Below, one piece after another: positions 53,578 to 63,667 of a stretch of DNA of 64,000 nucleotides. Origin of the DNA: a virus; IMG/VR virus record IMGVR_UViG_3300020470_001965; one strand, given 5' to 3'. The notes below the pieces were generated by a model. That model was not told the DNA's origin. It worked only from the letters and a program-made list of their open reading frames with translations, and did no database searches. A program made the translations under genes and the position numbers. Within the stretch, counting starts at the first letter, position 1; the number at the start of each line of letters is the position of its first letter.

Positions 53578-54053
53578 GCATTTTCACAGACGTAAAAGAA
53601 TTAGCAGGTGGTGCCAACCAAAGTAAATCATGGTATAGGTCTCAACTTCAGTATGGGTTAGAGTCATATACAGGTGCTTTCACTGTTGGTGACATTATTT
53701 TCTTCAATTATAGTGCTCAGACACCAGATTTATTGTTTTGGGACACTTTCCCAATGGTGCAAATAGTTGATGTTGATTATGATTTGATGCAGTTTCAGGG
53801 TGGTAATATACACTATTTAAGACCATCGACTAGAAAATCAGTAGGTGCATCATGGGCTGCTGGTAGTATTTCATATCCCAAGCGTTGCCACCATAAATAC
53901 TTTATGAGTTCATGTACCAGTGTGTACGAAGTACCACGGGATAGTTTTGAAGACATGACTCCTCTACCAGTGGAGCAGTTTGTTATGAGACCTAAAGGTC
54001 TTGGTAAGACATTAGAAGTACCAAGCAGTATCATTTGGAGTAGATTAAAATGA
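53574..54053 (+). CDS. 2: DNA end protector gp2-like protein
   Basis: S.SWYR, FWDTFP, G.N.HYL.P, LPVEQF; position after gp4. Confidence 0.75.
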   Translation: MSIFTDVKELAGGANQSKSWYRSQLQYGLESYTGAFTVGDIIFFNYSAQTPDLLFWDTFPMVQIVDVDYDLMQFQGGNIHYLRPSTRKSVGASWAAGSISYPKRCHHKYFMSSCTSVYEVPRDSFEDMTPLPVEQFVMRPKGLGKTLEVPSSIIWSRLK

Positions 54054-54781
54054 GTCGAGGCGGCTTTAATCAGTTCATGGATCTTGTTGCGTCGGGTGCG
54101 AAAGAACCCTCACGCAGTAATCTCTATGAAGTAAGAGTACCAATACCAGCAGTTGTATGGGTTAATAATCCTGAACTGAGAGCAAGGCAGAGTGAGTTAG
54201 CACAAGCAATAGATTATTTTGCTGATGATGTATCAGTGCCTGGTAGGAGAGTTACTACTTCATCTGTTAAAGATATTGGTGTCCAGCGTAAGTATGCTAG
54301 TGGACAGGCAGTATCTGAGTTTACATGTTCCTTTATTGTTACTAAGGACATGATTCACAGACAACTGTTTGACCTGTGGATGAATTATACTGCTGCTGAC
54401 CAAGAGAATAGAGTTACTTTTTATGATGAATATATTACTAATATAATAGTATGCAAATGGGAATTAGCAGCACCAGTGAAGTCTGAAGGTTTTTATGGCG
54501 ATAGGTTATATTCTACAAGACTTAATAGAGCATCAGCAGTGTGGCAGATGTATGGAGCATTCCCAATAGATATATCAGGTCATCAGTTCAGTAATGCACA
54601 AGTAGACCTTGTTAAATTAGATGTCACCTTCGCTTATGAGAGACATAGATTTGACACCATTGCTAATGATCTGTTACCCTGGAAAGCTGATGTTGACGAT
54701 AAGATAATCAGTCCGTTTAGTGAAATATCTGATATACTAGGTGTCAATATTGAACAGTCAGAAGTCGTTGGATTTAGCTGA
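54050..54781 (+). CDS. Tail-tube initiator gp54-like (gp19 paralog)
   Basis: SRSNLYEV, VSVPGR, FDLWM, FYDEY, AFP, L.VTFAY. Confidence 0.75.
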   Translation: MSRGGFNQFMDLVASGAKEPSRSNLYEVRVPIPAVVWVNNPELRARQSELAQAIDYFADDVSVPGRRVTTSSVKDIGVQRKYASGQAVSEFTCSFIVTKDMIHRQLFDLWMNYTAADQENRVTFYDEYITNIIVCKWELAAPVKSEGFYGDRLYSTRLNRASAVWQMYGAFPIDISGHQFSNAQVDLVKLDVTFAYERHRFDTIANDLLPWKADVDDKIISPFSEISDILGVNIEQSEVVGFS

Positions 54782-54808
54782 TAAATAATTATACAAAATG
54801 CGTTCGTT

Positions 54809-55513
54809 ATGCCTTTACCAAAGTTAGCCATACCTGAGTATGAAATGGAGTTGCCTATTACAGGCAAACAAATATCATACAGACCCTTCCTTGTGAAGGA
54901 AGAGAAATTGCTTTATCTCGCTATGGAGTCGAAAGACGACAAGCAAATGATTAAAGCAGTGAAGACCATCATTAAAAACTGCACAAATCTAAAGACTAAG
55001 GTTGAAGATCTTGCTACGTTCGAGATTGAATATATCTTCTTGAAGATTAGGTCGAAAGCAGTTGGTGAGGTTAGTGAGTTTACTATTGTCGCACCAGATG
55101 ATGATGAGACTAAAGTTGAAATTCAGATTCCTTTAGAACAAGTTGAAGTTATAGTACCTGAGGACCATACTAACGAAATTAAGTTAGATGAGAATGTAGG
55201 TATCAAGATGAAGTATCCTTCCTTGGATGTATTCATTTCACAGAATATGTCTGAGAATCCTGGACTAGAAGATATCTTTAAATTAGCAGCGAATTGTATC
55301 GAACAAGTCTATGACCAAGAAGAGGTGTATGATGACTTTACTCCTAAGGAAGCATTAGATTTCTTAGAGAATTTGAATTCTGACCAATTTGCGAAGATTC
55401 AACAATTCTTTGAGACAATGCCTAAGTTATCTCATACTATACCTGTCTATAATCCTAAGACTAAGGTCACATCTGATTTAGTATTAGAGGGTCTAGCAAG
55501 TTTTTTCGAGTAG
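54809..55513 (+). CDS. 26: Baseplate hub assembly protein gp26-like
   Basis: MPLPKL..P.Y, YRPFLVKEEK, FLKIRSKAVGE, FFETMPKL, LEGLASFF. Confidence 0.9.
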   Translation: MPLPKLAIPEYEMELPITGKQISYRPFLVKEEKLLYLAMESKDDKQMIKAVKTIIKNCTNLKTKVEDLATFEIEYIFLKIRSKAVGEVSEFTIVAPDDDETKVEIQIPLEQVEVIVPEDHTNEIKLDENVGIKMKYPSLDVFISQNMSENPGLEDIFKLAANCIEQVYDQEEVYDDFTPKEALDFLENLNSDQFAKIQQFFETMPKLSHTIPVYNPKTKVTSDLVLEGLASFFE

Positions 55514-55518
55514 CGTTA

Positions 55519-55704
55519 ATGCATGATAGTCTTGAAAATTACTACAAGACTAACTTTGCATTAATGCAACATCACAAATATTCGTTGAGTGACTTGGAAG
55601 ACATGATACCTTGGGAGCGAGATGTTTACGTCAACCTTCTATTGGCACATATCAGGGAAGAGGAACGGCGACAGGATGAGCAATCAGCTAAAATGTCGAT
55701 GTAA
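55519..55704 (+). CDS. 51: Baseplate hub assembly protein gp51-like
   Basis: YYKTNFALMQHHKYSLSDLEDMIPWERDVY. Confidence 0.85.
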   Translation: MHDSLENYYKTNFALMQHHKYSLSDLEDMIPWERDVYVNLLLAHIREEERRQDEQSAKMSM

Positions 55705-58700
55705 TGGCAATTAGAAGTTTCGTTTCAATTAAACCCGTTTCCGTCAAGAGTCCGATTGACGAAGGTTTTGCATCGATCGGGAAGGGTATTAACCGTATTG
55801 GGACAACAACTCAATCTATTGGTAATAATTTTCAAACTGTTGAGAAACTTATAAAGTTTGAAAGGAAGTGGTTAAGCGATACAGGTAGAAAGAAACTTAA
55901 GGATACGAATGACGAAGCCAAGGATGAGAAGAAGACTTGGAAGTCGATGTTTGATGCCATTAAGAAGAAATGGAAGAAGAACAAGAGGAAACAGGCAGAG
56001 ATAAGCTCAGAGAAGGGTTTAGAAGAAGCAAAGGAAGAAGGGAAGAAGATAGTTGAGAAAGCTAAGGCACCAATATTCAAGTTCCTTAAGACAATAGGTG
56101 ACCTACTGGGTGGTCTACTGCAATGGTTTGTTGGATATGCAGCATTAGATTGGTTGTCTAAGACAAATACTGAGAGTCTTACTAAAGTCTTTAGAGCAAT
56201 CTTTGCTATAGGTAAGTTCATTGTTAGTATCATAGGGTTTGGTGTGAACCAAGTTCTGAATGGACTCACTAACTTAATAGGTAGAGATTTTGGTGAAGGA
56301 CCAGTTAAGAGGTCACTAAGGGGATTACTTGGTGCTTTCCAGTTGATTGGTGGCATTGCAGCACTGAAGACTGCTCAATGGCTCATAATGCCTTGGAAGG
56401 CAATAACTGATTTCAGAGCTATTGGACAGATATTCTCTAAGCAATCCGAGATTGAAGCAGAGAATGCGTTCAGTCGTAAACAGAGAATTAACGGATATAG
56501 AGATACCAAGACTGGTGTAATCTATAGTAAAGAGGAATACGAAGCTAATATGAAGTCTGCTAGGAGAGCAGACGCTAAGAGAGGGGCAAGAGCAGGTAAG
56601 GGGATGACCTCTAACCTGTATGAGTCTGAGATGAATAAGAGATTCCAGGCTCAGTACAGAGGTAAGAATAAGAATGTCTTACAGAAGGGTATACAAAGAA
56701 CTAGAATTGGATTCAAGAAGGGACCAAGAGCACTACAGAAGAACTTCTTAAAACCAGGATTTCAAAAAGGATTAGCTGTAGTCGGAGGTGCTACACGTAT
56801 AGCAGCAGGACTAGCATCAGGTGAAGACGCTACATCAGCAATCGGTGCAGGTGCTGGTCAAGCAATAGGAGGTATAGCAGGTGCAGCAGCAATGACTGCT
56901 GTAGCACCATTCTTAGGACCATTTGCACCTATTATAGGTAATGCTCTCGGTAGTTTCTTAGGTGAGTGGGTAGGTAAATCATTAGCACCTGTCCTCAAAC
57001 CACTATTTGAACCTATAGGTAGATACTTTAGTCTACTTAGGGACTATGTTGGTACAGTATGGAAAGCTGCTGGAGGTGCAGAGTGGATAGGTCAACTAGG
57101 TGAGTTATTTGGTGCATTGTGGAGCATCCTTAAACCTGTATTAGGTGTCCTATGGAGTTTTATTAAGTTTGTTACAGGTGCATCATTCAAGGCAATCGGT
57201 AAAATCGTTGGATTCGTAGTCAATAATGCCAAAAGGTTAATGAACCCTGGCAGTATCGTTGGAGGTGTGGTAGACTTCTTAACGTTTGGACTAACGGATG
57301 CAGACGGTATGAGTAGAGAAAAAGGTGGACCAGTAAATGTGCCTCACATGGCTGCTGGTGGAGGTATGATTGGACCTCAGATTAGTATTATGCAGGCAAT
57401 AGGAGGAGCACTTCTAGGTGGAGTAGTTGGTGGAATTGCAATGTTGGGATTCGCTGCTGGACCAGCGATGGCATTCATTGGAGGTGATGTAGCAAGACTT
57501 ACAAAATTATTTGGTACCCGTGGAGCATCAGGTGGTGGTGCTGGACTATCATCATCTATGGGGTCTATCAATACAGGAAGTTTGAAGGATTCATCTACGC
57601 AAGAGAAAGAGCGTATGATTGAACACCAGAAGGGATTGATAGCAGCAGCAAATAGTTTCAATGAGTTAGTAATCAAAGCAGCAAAGGTATTTGACCCTGA
57701 GTTCAATCAGAAAGAAGATATATCACAAAATAATGGTCAGGCAGAGAGTGGACCTCCAGTTAAGAAGGTAGACTCTGGGTCTGGATTTGGTATGGAGGAG
57801 AAAGCCGCTGGTGGTTTCTTAGGTATCAACAAGAAAGACTTAATGCCATTAATGGCAGGTGGTGGACATATCGTGACCTCTAAGATGGGTCAACGTGGGT
57901 TTAAACTATCTCCTGGCATGCACATGGGTGTTGATATTGCTGCTGAGATAGGCGAACCATTATATGCATTCACTGATGGTAGAATTGAAGCAAAAGGATG
58001 GGAGAAAGGATACGGTAACTATGTAAGTTGGGTTGATTCCAATGGGAATGGACATTTCTTTGCACACTTAGATAAACCAGCACCTGTACAGGTAGGTCAG
58101 TCTGTTAAGAAAGGTACTATCGTTGGTTATGCTGGTAATACTGGTAAGTCATCAGGTCCACATCTACATTGGGAGATGGCACGAAATCCTGCTGATACAG
58201 GTATGCCTAAGTCTTCTGTGTTGAGTAGAATTAATCCATTAGACCACTTTAGTAAGGAAGCACCATTTGGTGGTACTATATCTCCTAATCTATTAGAGAG
58301 ATCTAAACCAAAAGCTAAAGACGAAGCATCAATTACTGAGACTAAGGGTACTGAGGAGGAAGTCTCTGAGAAGACTATTGCTCCAACTTCTATGGAGCAA
58401 TTAGAGAAGGCATTAGGTGACTTCGGTAAGAAAATGGCAGAAGCAGGTAGAGCTACCTATGCTGAGGATGCTGCTGCATATCAAGCAAAGTTAGTTGCTA
58501 CTGATGTTAAAGCAATGACATCTAGGCGTACTCAGCAGCAGAAATCTGTTGAGGATATGATGTTAAAGGCAAGACGAGATAAGGATAGAAACAATTTTAT
58601 TGCACCACCCATGATAGTAGCACAAAGATCTACTCAGACCATAATAAATAAGTCAGGTAGTGCTGGTACTAAAGTTGTCTACACTAAGCCTTCACCACTC

Positions 58701-58715
58701 CTAACACTGTGTTAA
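55704..58715 (+). CDS. Tape-measure/hub-like tail protein with M23 peptidase domain
   Basis: Helical amphipathic and Gly/Ala-rich body; HMGVD...GYGN...FAHL...GNTGKSSGPHLH. Confidence 0.8.
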   Translation: MAIRSFVSIKPVSVKSPIDEGFASIGKGINRIGTTTQSIGNNFQTVEKLIKFERKWLSDTGRKKLKDTNDEAKDEKKTWKSMFDAIKKKWKKNKRKQAEISSEKGLEEAKEEGKKIVEKAKAPIFKFLKTIGDLLGGLLQWFVGYAALDWLSKTNTESLTKVFRAIFAIGKFIVSIIGFGVNQVLNGLTNLIGRDFGEGPVKRSLRGLLGAFQLIGGIAALKTAQWLIMPWKAITDFRAIGQIFSKQSEIEAENAFSRKQRINGYRDTKTGVIYSKEEYEANMKSARRADAKRGARAGKGMTSNLYESEMNKRFQAQYRGKNKNVLQKGIQRTRIGFKKGPRALQKNFLKPGFQKGLAVVGGATRIAAGLASGEDATSAIGAGAGQAIGGIAGAAAMTAVAPFLGPFAPIIGNALGSFLGEWVGKSLAPVLKPLFEPIGRYFSLLRDYVGTVWKAAGGAEWIGQLGELFGALWSILKPVLGVLWSFIKFVTGASFKAIGKIVGFVVNNAKRLMNPGSIVGGVVDFLTFGLTDADGMSREKGGPVNVPHMAAGGGMIGPQISIMQAIGGALLGGVVGGIAMLGFAAGPAMAFIGGDVARLTKLFGTRGASGGGAGLSSSMGSINTGSLKDSSTQEKERMIEHQKGLIAAANSFNELVIKAAKVFDPEFNQKEDISQNNGQAESGPPVKKVDSGSGFGMEEKAAGGFLGINKKDLMPLMAGGGHIVTSKMGQRGFKLSPGMHMGVDIAAEIGEPLYAFTDGRIEAKGWEKGYGNYVSWVDSNGNGHFFAHLDKPAPVQVGQSVKKGTIVGYAGNTGKSSGPHLHWEMARNPADTGMPKSSVLSRINPLDHFSKEAPFGGTISPNLLERSKPKAKDEASITETKGTEEEVSEKTIAPTSMEQLEKALGDFGKKMAEAGRATYAEDAAAYQAKLVATDVKAMTSRRTQQQKSVEDMMLKARRDKDRNNFIAPPMIVAQRSTQTIINKSGSAGTKVVYTKPSPLLTLC

Positions 58716-58718
58716 TAA

Positions 58719-61640
58719 ATGGCGGGTCCACAAGTTAAAATAGCGAAAGCAGGTCTTTATAAGATGATATCTTATAAAGGAACTTCTGGTACCAAAAAAT
58801 ATACACCAATGACTGCTGCGGTTCAGTTGGGCAAGACTGAGCGTAGCATGCAGATTGGTATGAAGTCTGTTGTTGCAGGTATTAACTCATTAGGATCAGT
58901 ATTAAACAGTATATCTGCTAATTCTGAAGCAATGGTGTCTTCGATGAAGCAATCTATCGGAGCACAGATAGCAGATAATCAAGCACTCATAAAGAGAGAG
59001 AAAGAATTAAAGAAAGAAGAAGACGCACGTAAGGCAAGAGAAGAAAGAGAGAGACGGAAGAAAGAAGAGAAAGAAAAGAGAGATGAGGCAGAGAAAGGAT
59101 CTGAAGCCCCTCTATTCAAGAAAATAAGAGAACAATTCAAGGAGAGTGCTAAGTCAGCATTTGGTGGATTCCTCATGGCACTTGCAAGGTTTGCAACTGC
59201 GTTCCTGAAGTTCTTCCTTGTATATAAAGCATTAGATTGGATTGCCAATAATCCTAAGAAGATAGAGAAACTTGCTAAAGGTTTATTTGCACTTGGTAAG
59301 TTTGTATTCAAGGTCACGTCCTTCTTAGTTGGGTCTGGTCTTGATGGTATTACTAAATTCCTAGAGAATCCTCTTAGTTTAAAGGGATTCTTTGGTGCTG
59401 TTCAATTTGTATTATCTGCTGCACCTATATTCATAGGTCTAGCATTCCTTAAGAACCCTGTAGGTACAGTCAAAGCACTTGGTTGGGTCATAGCGTCCTT
59501 AGGTAAGGGCATTATGGGCATGCATAAGCAAGGCAAGCTTATGGGTAGACTGAAGGCATTTAAGTCCACTAGGATGGCAAGACTAGCAGGTGGATTTACT
59601 GCTGGTGCTATGGCATTCACTGGTGCTCAGTTAGATGGATCTAACATGGCAGAGGCACTAGGTGCTGGTGGCGGTGCTATGGCAGGTCAGATGATTGGTG
59701 CCAAAGTAGGTAGCATGATACCTGTACCTGGAGCAGGTGTTATTGGTGGTGTATTAGGTGGTGCTGTTGGAGCACCTGTAGGTAAGGCAATAGGTGGGTT
59801 GATTGAACCTATCGTTGAACCTATGAAGAGATTCTTTGGTATGGTTGGTGATGTATTCAACAATGTTATGGGTGCCATTAAGGAACCCCTCACTGGATTA
59901 TTCCAGGGTATAGCAGATGTAATGAGTACTATATTGGATGTAGTTGAACCACATCTTCCATTGATTGGTACATTGGTTGGTGGTGGATTGAAGATTGTTC
60001 TGACTCCATTCATGTTGATGCTGAAAGCATTGACAGCAGTCCTTAAATTCTTTGCACCTAAGAAAGGAGGTGGTGAGAAAGGTGGAATTGCAGAGGCATC
60101 ACAGAAACGAGCAGCAGGTGGACCTATTGTAGTACCATCACCTATACCGCAGATGGCATCAGGTGGTAATGCAATAGATGCTGGTCCTATTCAGTTAGTA
60201 TCTACATCTCTGAAGAAAGTAACAGAGATGGGTGCAGGTATTGGTAAGGTGATGATACTACCATTCAAAGCTATTGGTATTGGTATACTCTCTGCTATTG
60301 GTATGGTCGGTAGGTTGTTTGGTAGATTCTTACCTGGACCTCTGAAGACTATAATGGCAAACTCACTAGCACCTATTGCTAGAGCGTTTGGTGTCCCTCT
60401 ATCAGTGTTGGGTGCAGATGTTGGTGGCACTCCAAAGGGAGAAGACCAAGGTAAGGAAGAACCAGATTATCAGAAAGAATTACTAGAGATATACACTGGA
60501 GAAGGTGGTGTCCTAGAAAACTTTGGTAAACTATTAGATGTAGTTACTACCAGAGATATGGTTAATAGAGGGTTGGGTGTATTATCTGACCTTAAGACTA
60601 AAGCAGGATTTGCTAAGGGTGGATGGATATCAGGTCCTATGAGTGGATATCCTGTATCACTTGATGGTGGTAGAAGCACATCATTCATTGGTCATGGTAC
60701 TGAGTGGGTAGGATATAAAGGTTTCGCTGCTGGTGGAGCATACGTTGTACCATTTAATACCCCTGCTACTAGGAAGAATGCTGGACTTACTAGCTTAAGG
60801 ATGCGTCAAGCAGCAGCAGGTGGATATGCTTTGCCATTTTCTGCTGGTGGAGCACTAGATCCAACAATACCTAGATTCTCTGCTGGTGGTAAGTTTATGT
60901 CACCTGAAGAGAAGAGAGGATATGAGAAAGGTATGAAGCATACCTGGCACTTCCAGGTGGGTGATAAGGAGTATGGTGCTGCATATACTAAGAGTGGTAA
61001 TGATATTAATATCAAGCAGCTATCTAGGGTAGATGATTCAGGTGGATGGTTTGGATGGGGTCAGAAGAAACCACCTCTACAACCAGGTAGTCCTGAGTTC
61101 AATAAGGTATTAAACTCTGAAGCATTGAGGTATGCTATTGCCAAGCATGCTAATCTGAAGAGTGGTGGTAATAGGAGAGGACATGGTGCGAAGATTGATC
61201 CTAGTCTGATCAATAAGATTACAACTGATAAATTAGCAGGTAGATACTATACGTTTAAGACCACACCTAGAAAAGAAAGAGAGAGACTAGAGGAAGAGCA
61301 TAAGAAAGCACAGGAACCAGTAGAGAGTCTTGAGAAACTTCTCATGGACTTTGGTGCTAAGATGGCAGAGGCAGGTGGACATAATATTGCAGGTGCAAAG
61401 TTAGATGAAGCACAGTTAAAGGAGGTAGAGGCACAGAATCAAAAACAGAAAGATGTAGCAAATGCTGCACAGACAGTGATAGCACAAGAGGTTGACAAAC
61501 CCCCTATTATTACTGGAGGTGGGAATGAGGTTCAAGAGATAGTTGTTCCTGGTTCAACTTCTATGGATGCTGACCCATTCTTAATGCCTAAGTTTGGATT
61601 GGTACCAGAATTTACAACTAACGTATCTGATATGATGTAA
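58719..61640 (+). CDS. Second tape-measure/hub-like tail protein (paralog of preceding gene)
   Basis: Same architecture; GP.SGYP...HGTE motif; shared LEK.L.DFG.KMAEAG. Confidence 0.75.
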   Translation: MAGPQVKIAKAGLYKMISYKGTSGTKKYTPMTAAVQLGKTERSMQIGMKSVVAGINSLGSVLNSISANSEAMVSSMKQSIGAQIADNQALIKREKELKKEEDARKAREERERRKKEEKEKRDEAEKGSEAPLFKKIREQFKESAKSAFGGFLMALARFATAFLKFFLVYKALDWIANNPKKIEKLAKGLFALGKFVFKVTSFLVGSGLDGITKFLENPLSLKGFFGAVQFVLSAAPIFIGLAFLKNPVGTVKALGWVIASLGKGIMGMHKQGKLMGRLKAFKSTRMARLAGGFTAGAMAFTGAQLDGSNMAEALGAGGGAMAGQMIGAKVGSMIPVPGAGVIGGVLGGAVGAPVGKAIGGLIEPIVEPMKRFFGMVGDVFNNVMGAIKEPLTGLFQGIADVMSTILDVVEPHLPLIGTLVGGGLKIVLTPFMLMLKALTAVLKFFAPKKGGGEKGGIAEASQKRAAGGPIVVPSPIPQMASGGNAIDAGPIQLVSTSLKKVTEMGAGIGKVMILPFKAIGIGILSAIGMVGRLFGRFLPGPLKTIMANSLAPIARAFGVPLSVLGADVGGTPKGEDQGKEEPDYQKELLEIYTGEGGVLENFGKLLDVVTTRDMVNRGLGVLSDLKTKAGFAKGGWISGPMSGYPVSLDGGRSTSFIGHGTEWVGYKGFAAGGAYVVPFNTPATRKNAGLTSLRMRQAAAGGYALPFSAGGALDPTIPRFSAGGKFMSPEEKRGYEKGMKHTWHFQVGDKEYGAAYTKSGNDINIKQLSRVDDSGGWFGWGQKKPPLQPGSPEFNKVLNSEALRYAIAKHANLKSGGNRRGHGAKIDPSLINKITTDKLAGRYYTFKTTPRKERERLEEEHKKAQEPVESLEKLLMDFGAKMAEAGGHNIAGAKLDEAQLKEVEAQNQKQKDVANAAQTVIAQEVDKPPIITGGGNEVQEIVVPGSTSMDADPFLMPKFGLVPEFTTNVSDMM

Positions 61641-63283
61641 TGGCTGATAGAAAATCAAGACACCACGAATTAAGAAGATTAGATATTATCTGTCACGAGG
61701 GTACCTCCGCTGAGAAGAAGTATAATATCGAGGCTCTTGTCATGGATTTTCAATATCATGAATCCATTGAGTCTCCATTTCTTCGAGCAGATTTTACTAT
61801 TATAGATGCTGTAGACTTTAATCTTCAGTTACAAGGTGGTGAACCTATCCTGATTGAGTTGGAGACTGAAAGCTCTAAGAGTAAACCACTTAAGGTTGAG
61901 TTACAGGTGTATAAGATAGGTAGTATCATCAAGCAAGAGAGACAGCAGATGTATATCTTGCATTGTGTATCACCAGAGATGTATCATAATGAAATTAAGA
62001 GAGTATTTAAAGCATTTGGACCTGGTAGTAAGAAAGATGTAAATTGTGTACCAAAGTTTATTGCTAAGGAATATCTAAATGCAGATCCTAAGAAATTAAA
62101 GGGTAGTAACTTTGAGGACCATTCAAAGTTTACTTTTATATCCCCTTCATGGAGACCTGTTGATACTATTACATACCTATCAGATAAAGTAACTAGGAAG
62201 GTAAGTAAGAAGTCAGGTGCATCTAGTAAAGGTAGTGAGAAGCAGTCTGGATTCTTATTCTTTGAGAATAGTGATGGGTTTCATTTTAAGTCTATTGATT
62301 CTCTAGCAGAGCAAGATACAAATGGATTCAAGTATACCTACACTCAGTCAGGTAACATGGAAGATGATAAGGATGGTGGACAGTATGTAATTGAGAGTGT
62401 GCAGTATCCTGATAAGGCAAATCATCTACAGAATATGAGGATGGGTACTTATAAGACTTCATACATCAGTATATCCATACCAATGCCTACAGAGAGTCAT
62501 CTTCAGGATGCTGGTAAAACTTCAGGTCAACAAACTACAACTACTACACAGAATACTACTACCACTGCTGGATCTGTTAGTGGTACTGGATCTTTACCTG
62601 ATGATGTAAGTGGTGTTACTAAAGCAGGAGGGACTAGTACTTCACCGTCTGGGACTATAAGACCACCCAAGGCGATGACATTTAATAAATTATTCAGTAT
62701 GGCAAGTACTATTGAATCTCGACCACCACTTAGGGTACCTAAGATATTAGGTGATCTTGAAGCTAAGACTACACCACCTACTAGGACTAAGTTTAGGGCA
62801 TTGCCTGGGTTTAAGAATCAGCAGTCTAAAGCATCATTGTTGAGGTCAGCAACTACAACTACCACATCTACTACTGGTTTTGATACCTCATCTGGAGCGA
62901 GTGGGTCATCATCCACATCCTCTAGTATTACGCAATATTTCAATTCAGATAACGTTAATGATGTCAAACCTCTAGGTGCGACAGCAGGGAAGCAAGAGAA
63001 TCAAAGTACTTCAGCGGTTGCACATTATGCAGCAGCGAGGTATAATCTAATGAGAGCCATACAACTCAATATTGTAGTACCTGGTAATACTGGACTCAAG
63101 GCAGGAGAAATCGTGACTGTGGTTATACCTGCTGCTAAAGAGGAAGGTAAGAATGTGCAGGAGGATTTTAGATACAGCGGTAAATATCTTATTGCTGGTG
63201 TCACCCATGTTTGGAAACCTGCTGGTGAAGGAGTCACTTCAAGACTATCTTTAATCAGGGATTCAACAAAAAAGCAGGGGTAA
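61640..63283 (+). CDS. Baseplate hub gp27-like protein
   Basis: YHESI.SP, P.WRP, GFLFFEN.DGFHFKSIDSL, VPGNT.L.AG, YSGKYLI..V.H. Confidence 0.75.
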   Translation: MADRKSRHHELRRLDIICHEGTSAEKKYNIEALVMDFQYHESIESPFLRADFTIIDAVDFNLQLQGGEPILIELETESSKSKPLKVELQVYKIGSIIKQERQQMYILHCVSPEMYHNEIKRVFKAFGPGSKKDVNCVPKFIAKEYLNADPKKLKGSNFEDHSKFTFISPSWRPVDTITYLSDKVTRKVSKKSGASSKGSEKQSGFLFFENSDGFHFKSIDSLAEQDTNGFKYTYTQSGNMEDDKDGGQYVIESVQYPDKANHLQNMRMGTYKTSYISISIPMPTESHLQDAGKTSGQQTTTTTQNTTTTAGSVSGTGSLPDDVSGVTKAGGTSTSPSGTIRPPKAMTFNKLFSMASTIESRPPLRVPKILGDLEAKTTPPTRTKFRALPGFKNQQSKASLLRSATTTTTSTTGFDTSSGASGSSSTSSSITQYFNSDNVNDVKPLGATAGKQENQSTSAVAHYAAARYNLMRAIQLNIVVPGNTGLKAGEIVTVVIPAAKEEGKNVQEDFRYSGKYLIAGVTHVWKPAGEGVTSRLSLIRDSTKKQG

Positions 63284-63336
63284 ATACTCAAGTATACTAT
63301 AATAAATAGTTCGTATAATAGTAAGGGGCAAACTCG

Positions 63337-63573
63337 ATGACTCATTACGCAACCATCGAAGATCATATCGCTGCTGACCAAGCAATCGTTGATGATCCAC
63401 AAACTAATCCTGCGGCACGTCGTCACTATAAGGAAGAATTACATGATCTTATAGAGTACGAAGAGCATCATCACGATGAAATCGTAGCAGGTGACCACCA
63501 CGATCCTAACTGTATCGAATTATTCTGTGACCAACATCCAGACGAGCCTGAGTGCTTAATCTACGATGATTGA
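63337..63573 (+). CDS. cp12: CP12 Calvin-cycle inhibitor
   Basis: IEDHI..D...RRH.KEEL..L...ELFCDQHPDEPECLIYDD. Confidence 0.93.
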   Translation: MTHYATIEDHIAADQAIVDDPQTNPAARRHYKEELHDLIEYEEHHHDEIVAGDHHDPNCIELFCDQHPDEPECLIYDD

Positions 63574-63667
63574 TACTTCATGGTCATCCATTAGAATGTT
63601 TCTCATACTTGTTATGGGTGTGGTATGGTTCTATCTGTTAAATGTAGAACTACGAAGTGATGACTGA
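63566..63667 (+). CDS. 33-aa single-TM microprotein
   Basis: MIDTSWSSIRMFLILVMGVVWFYLLNVELRSDD; overlaps both neighbours. Confidence 0.55.
   Translation: MIDTSWSSIRMFLILVMGVVWFYLLNVELRSDD

Noticed and set aside
55832-61015. Multiple antisense ORFs within the tape-measure-like genes
   Set aside because: Shadows of Gly/Ala-rich coding sequence.
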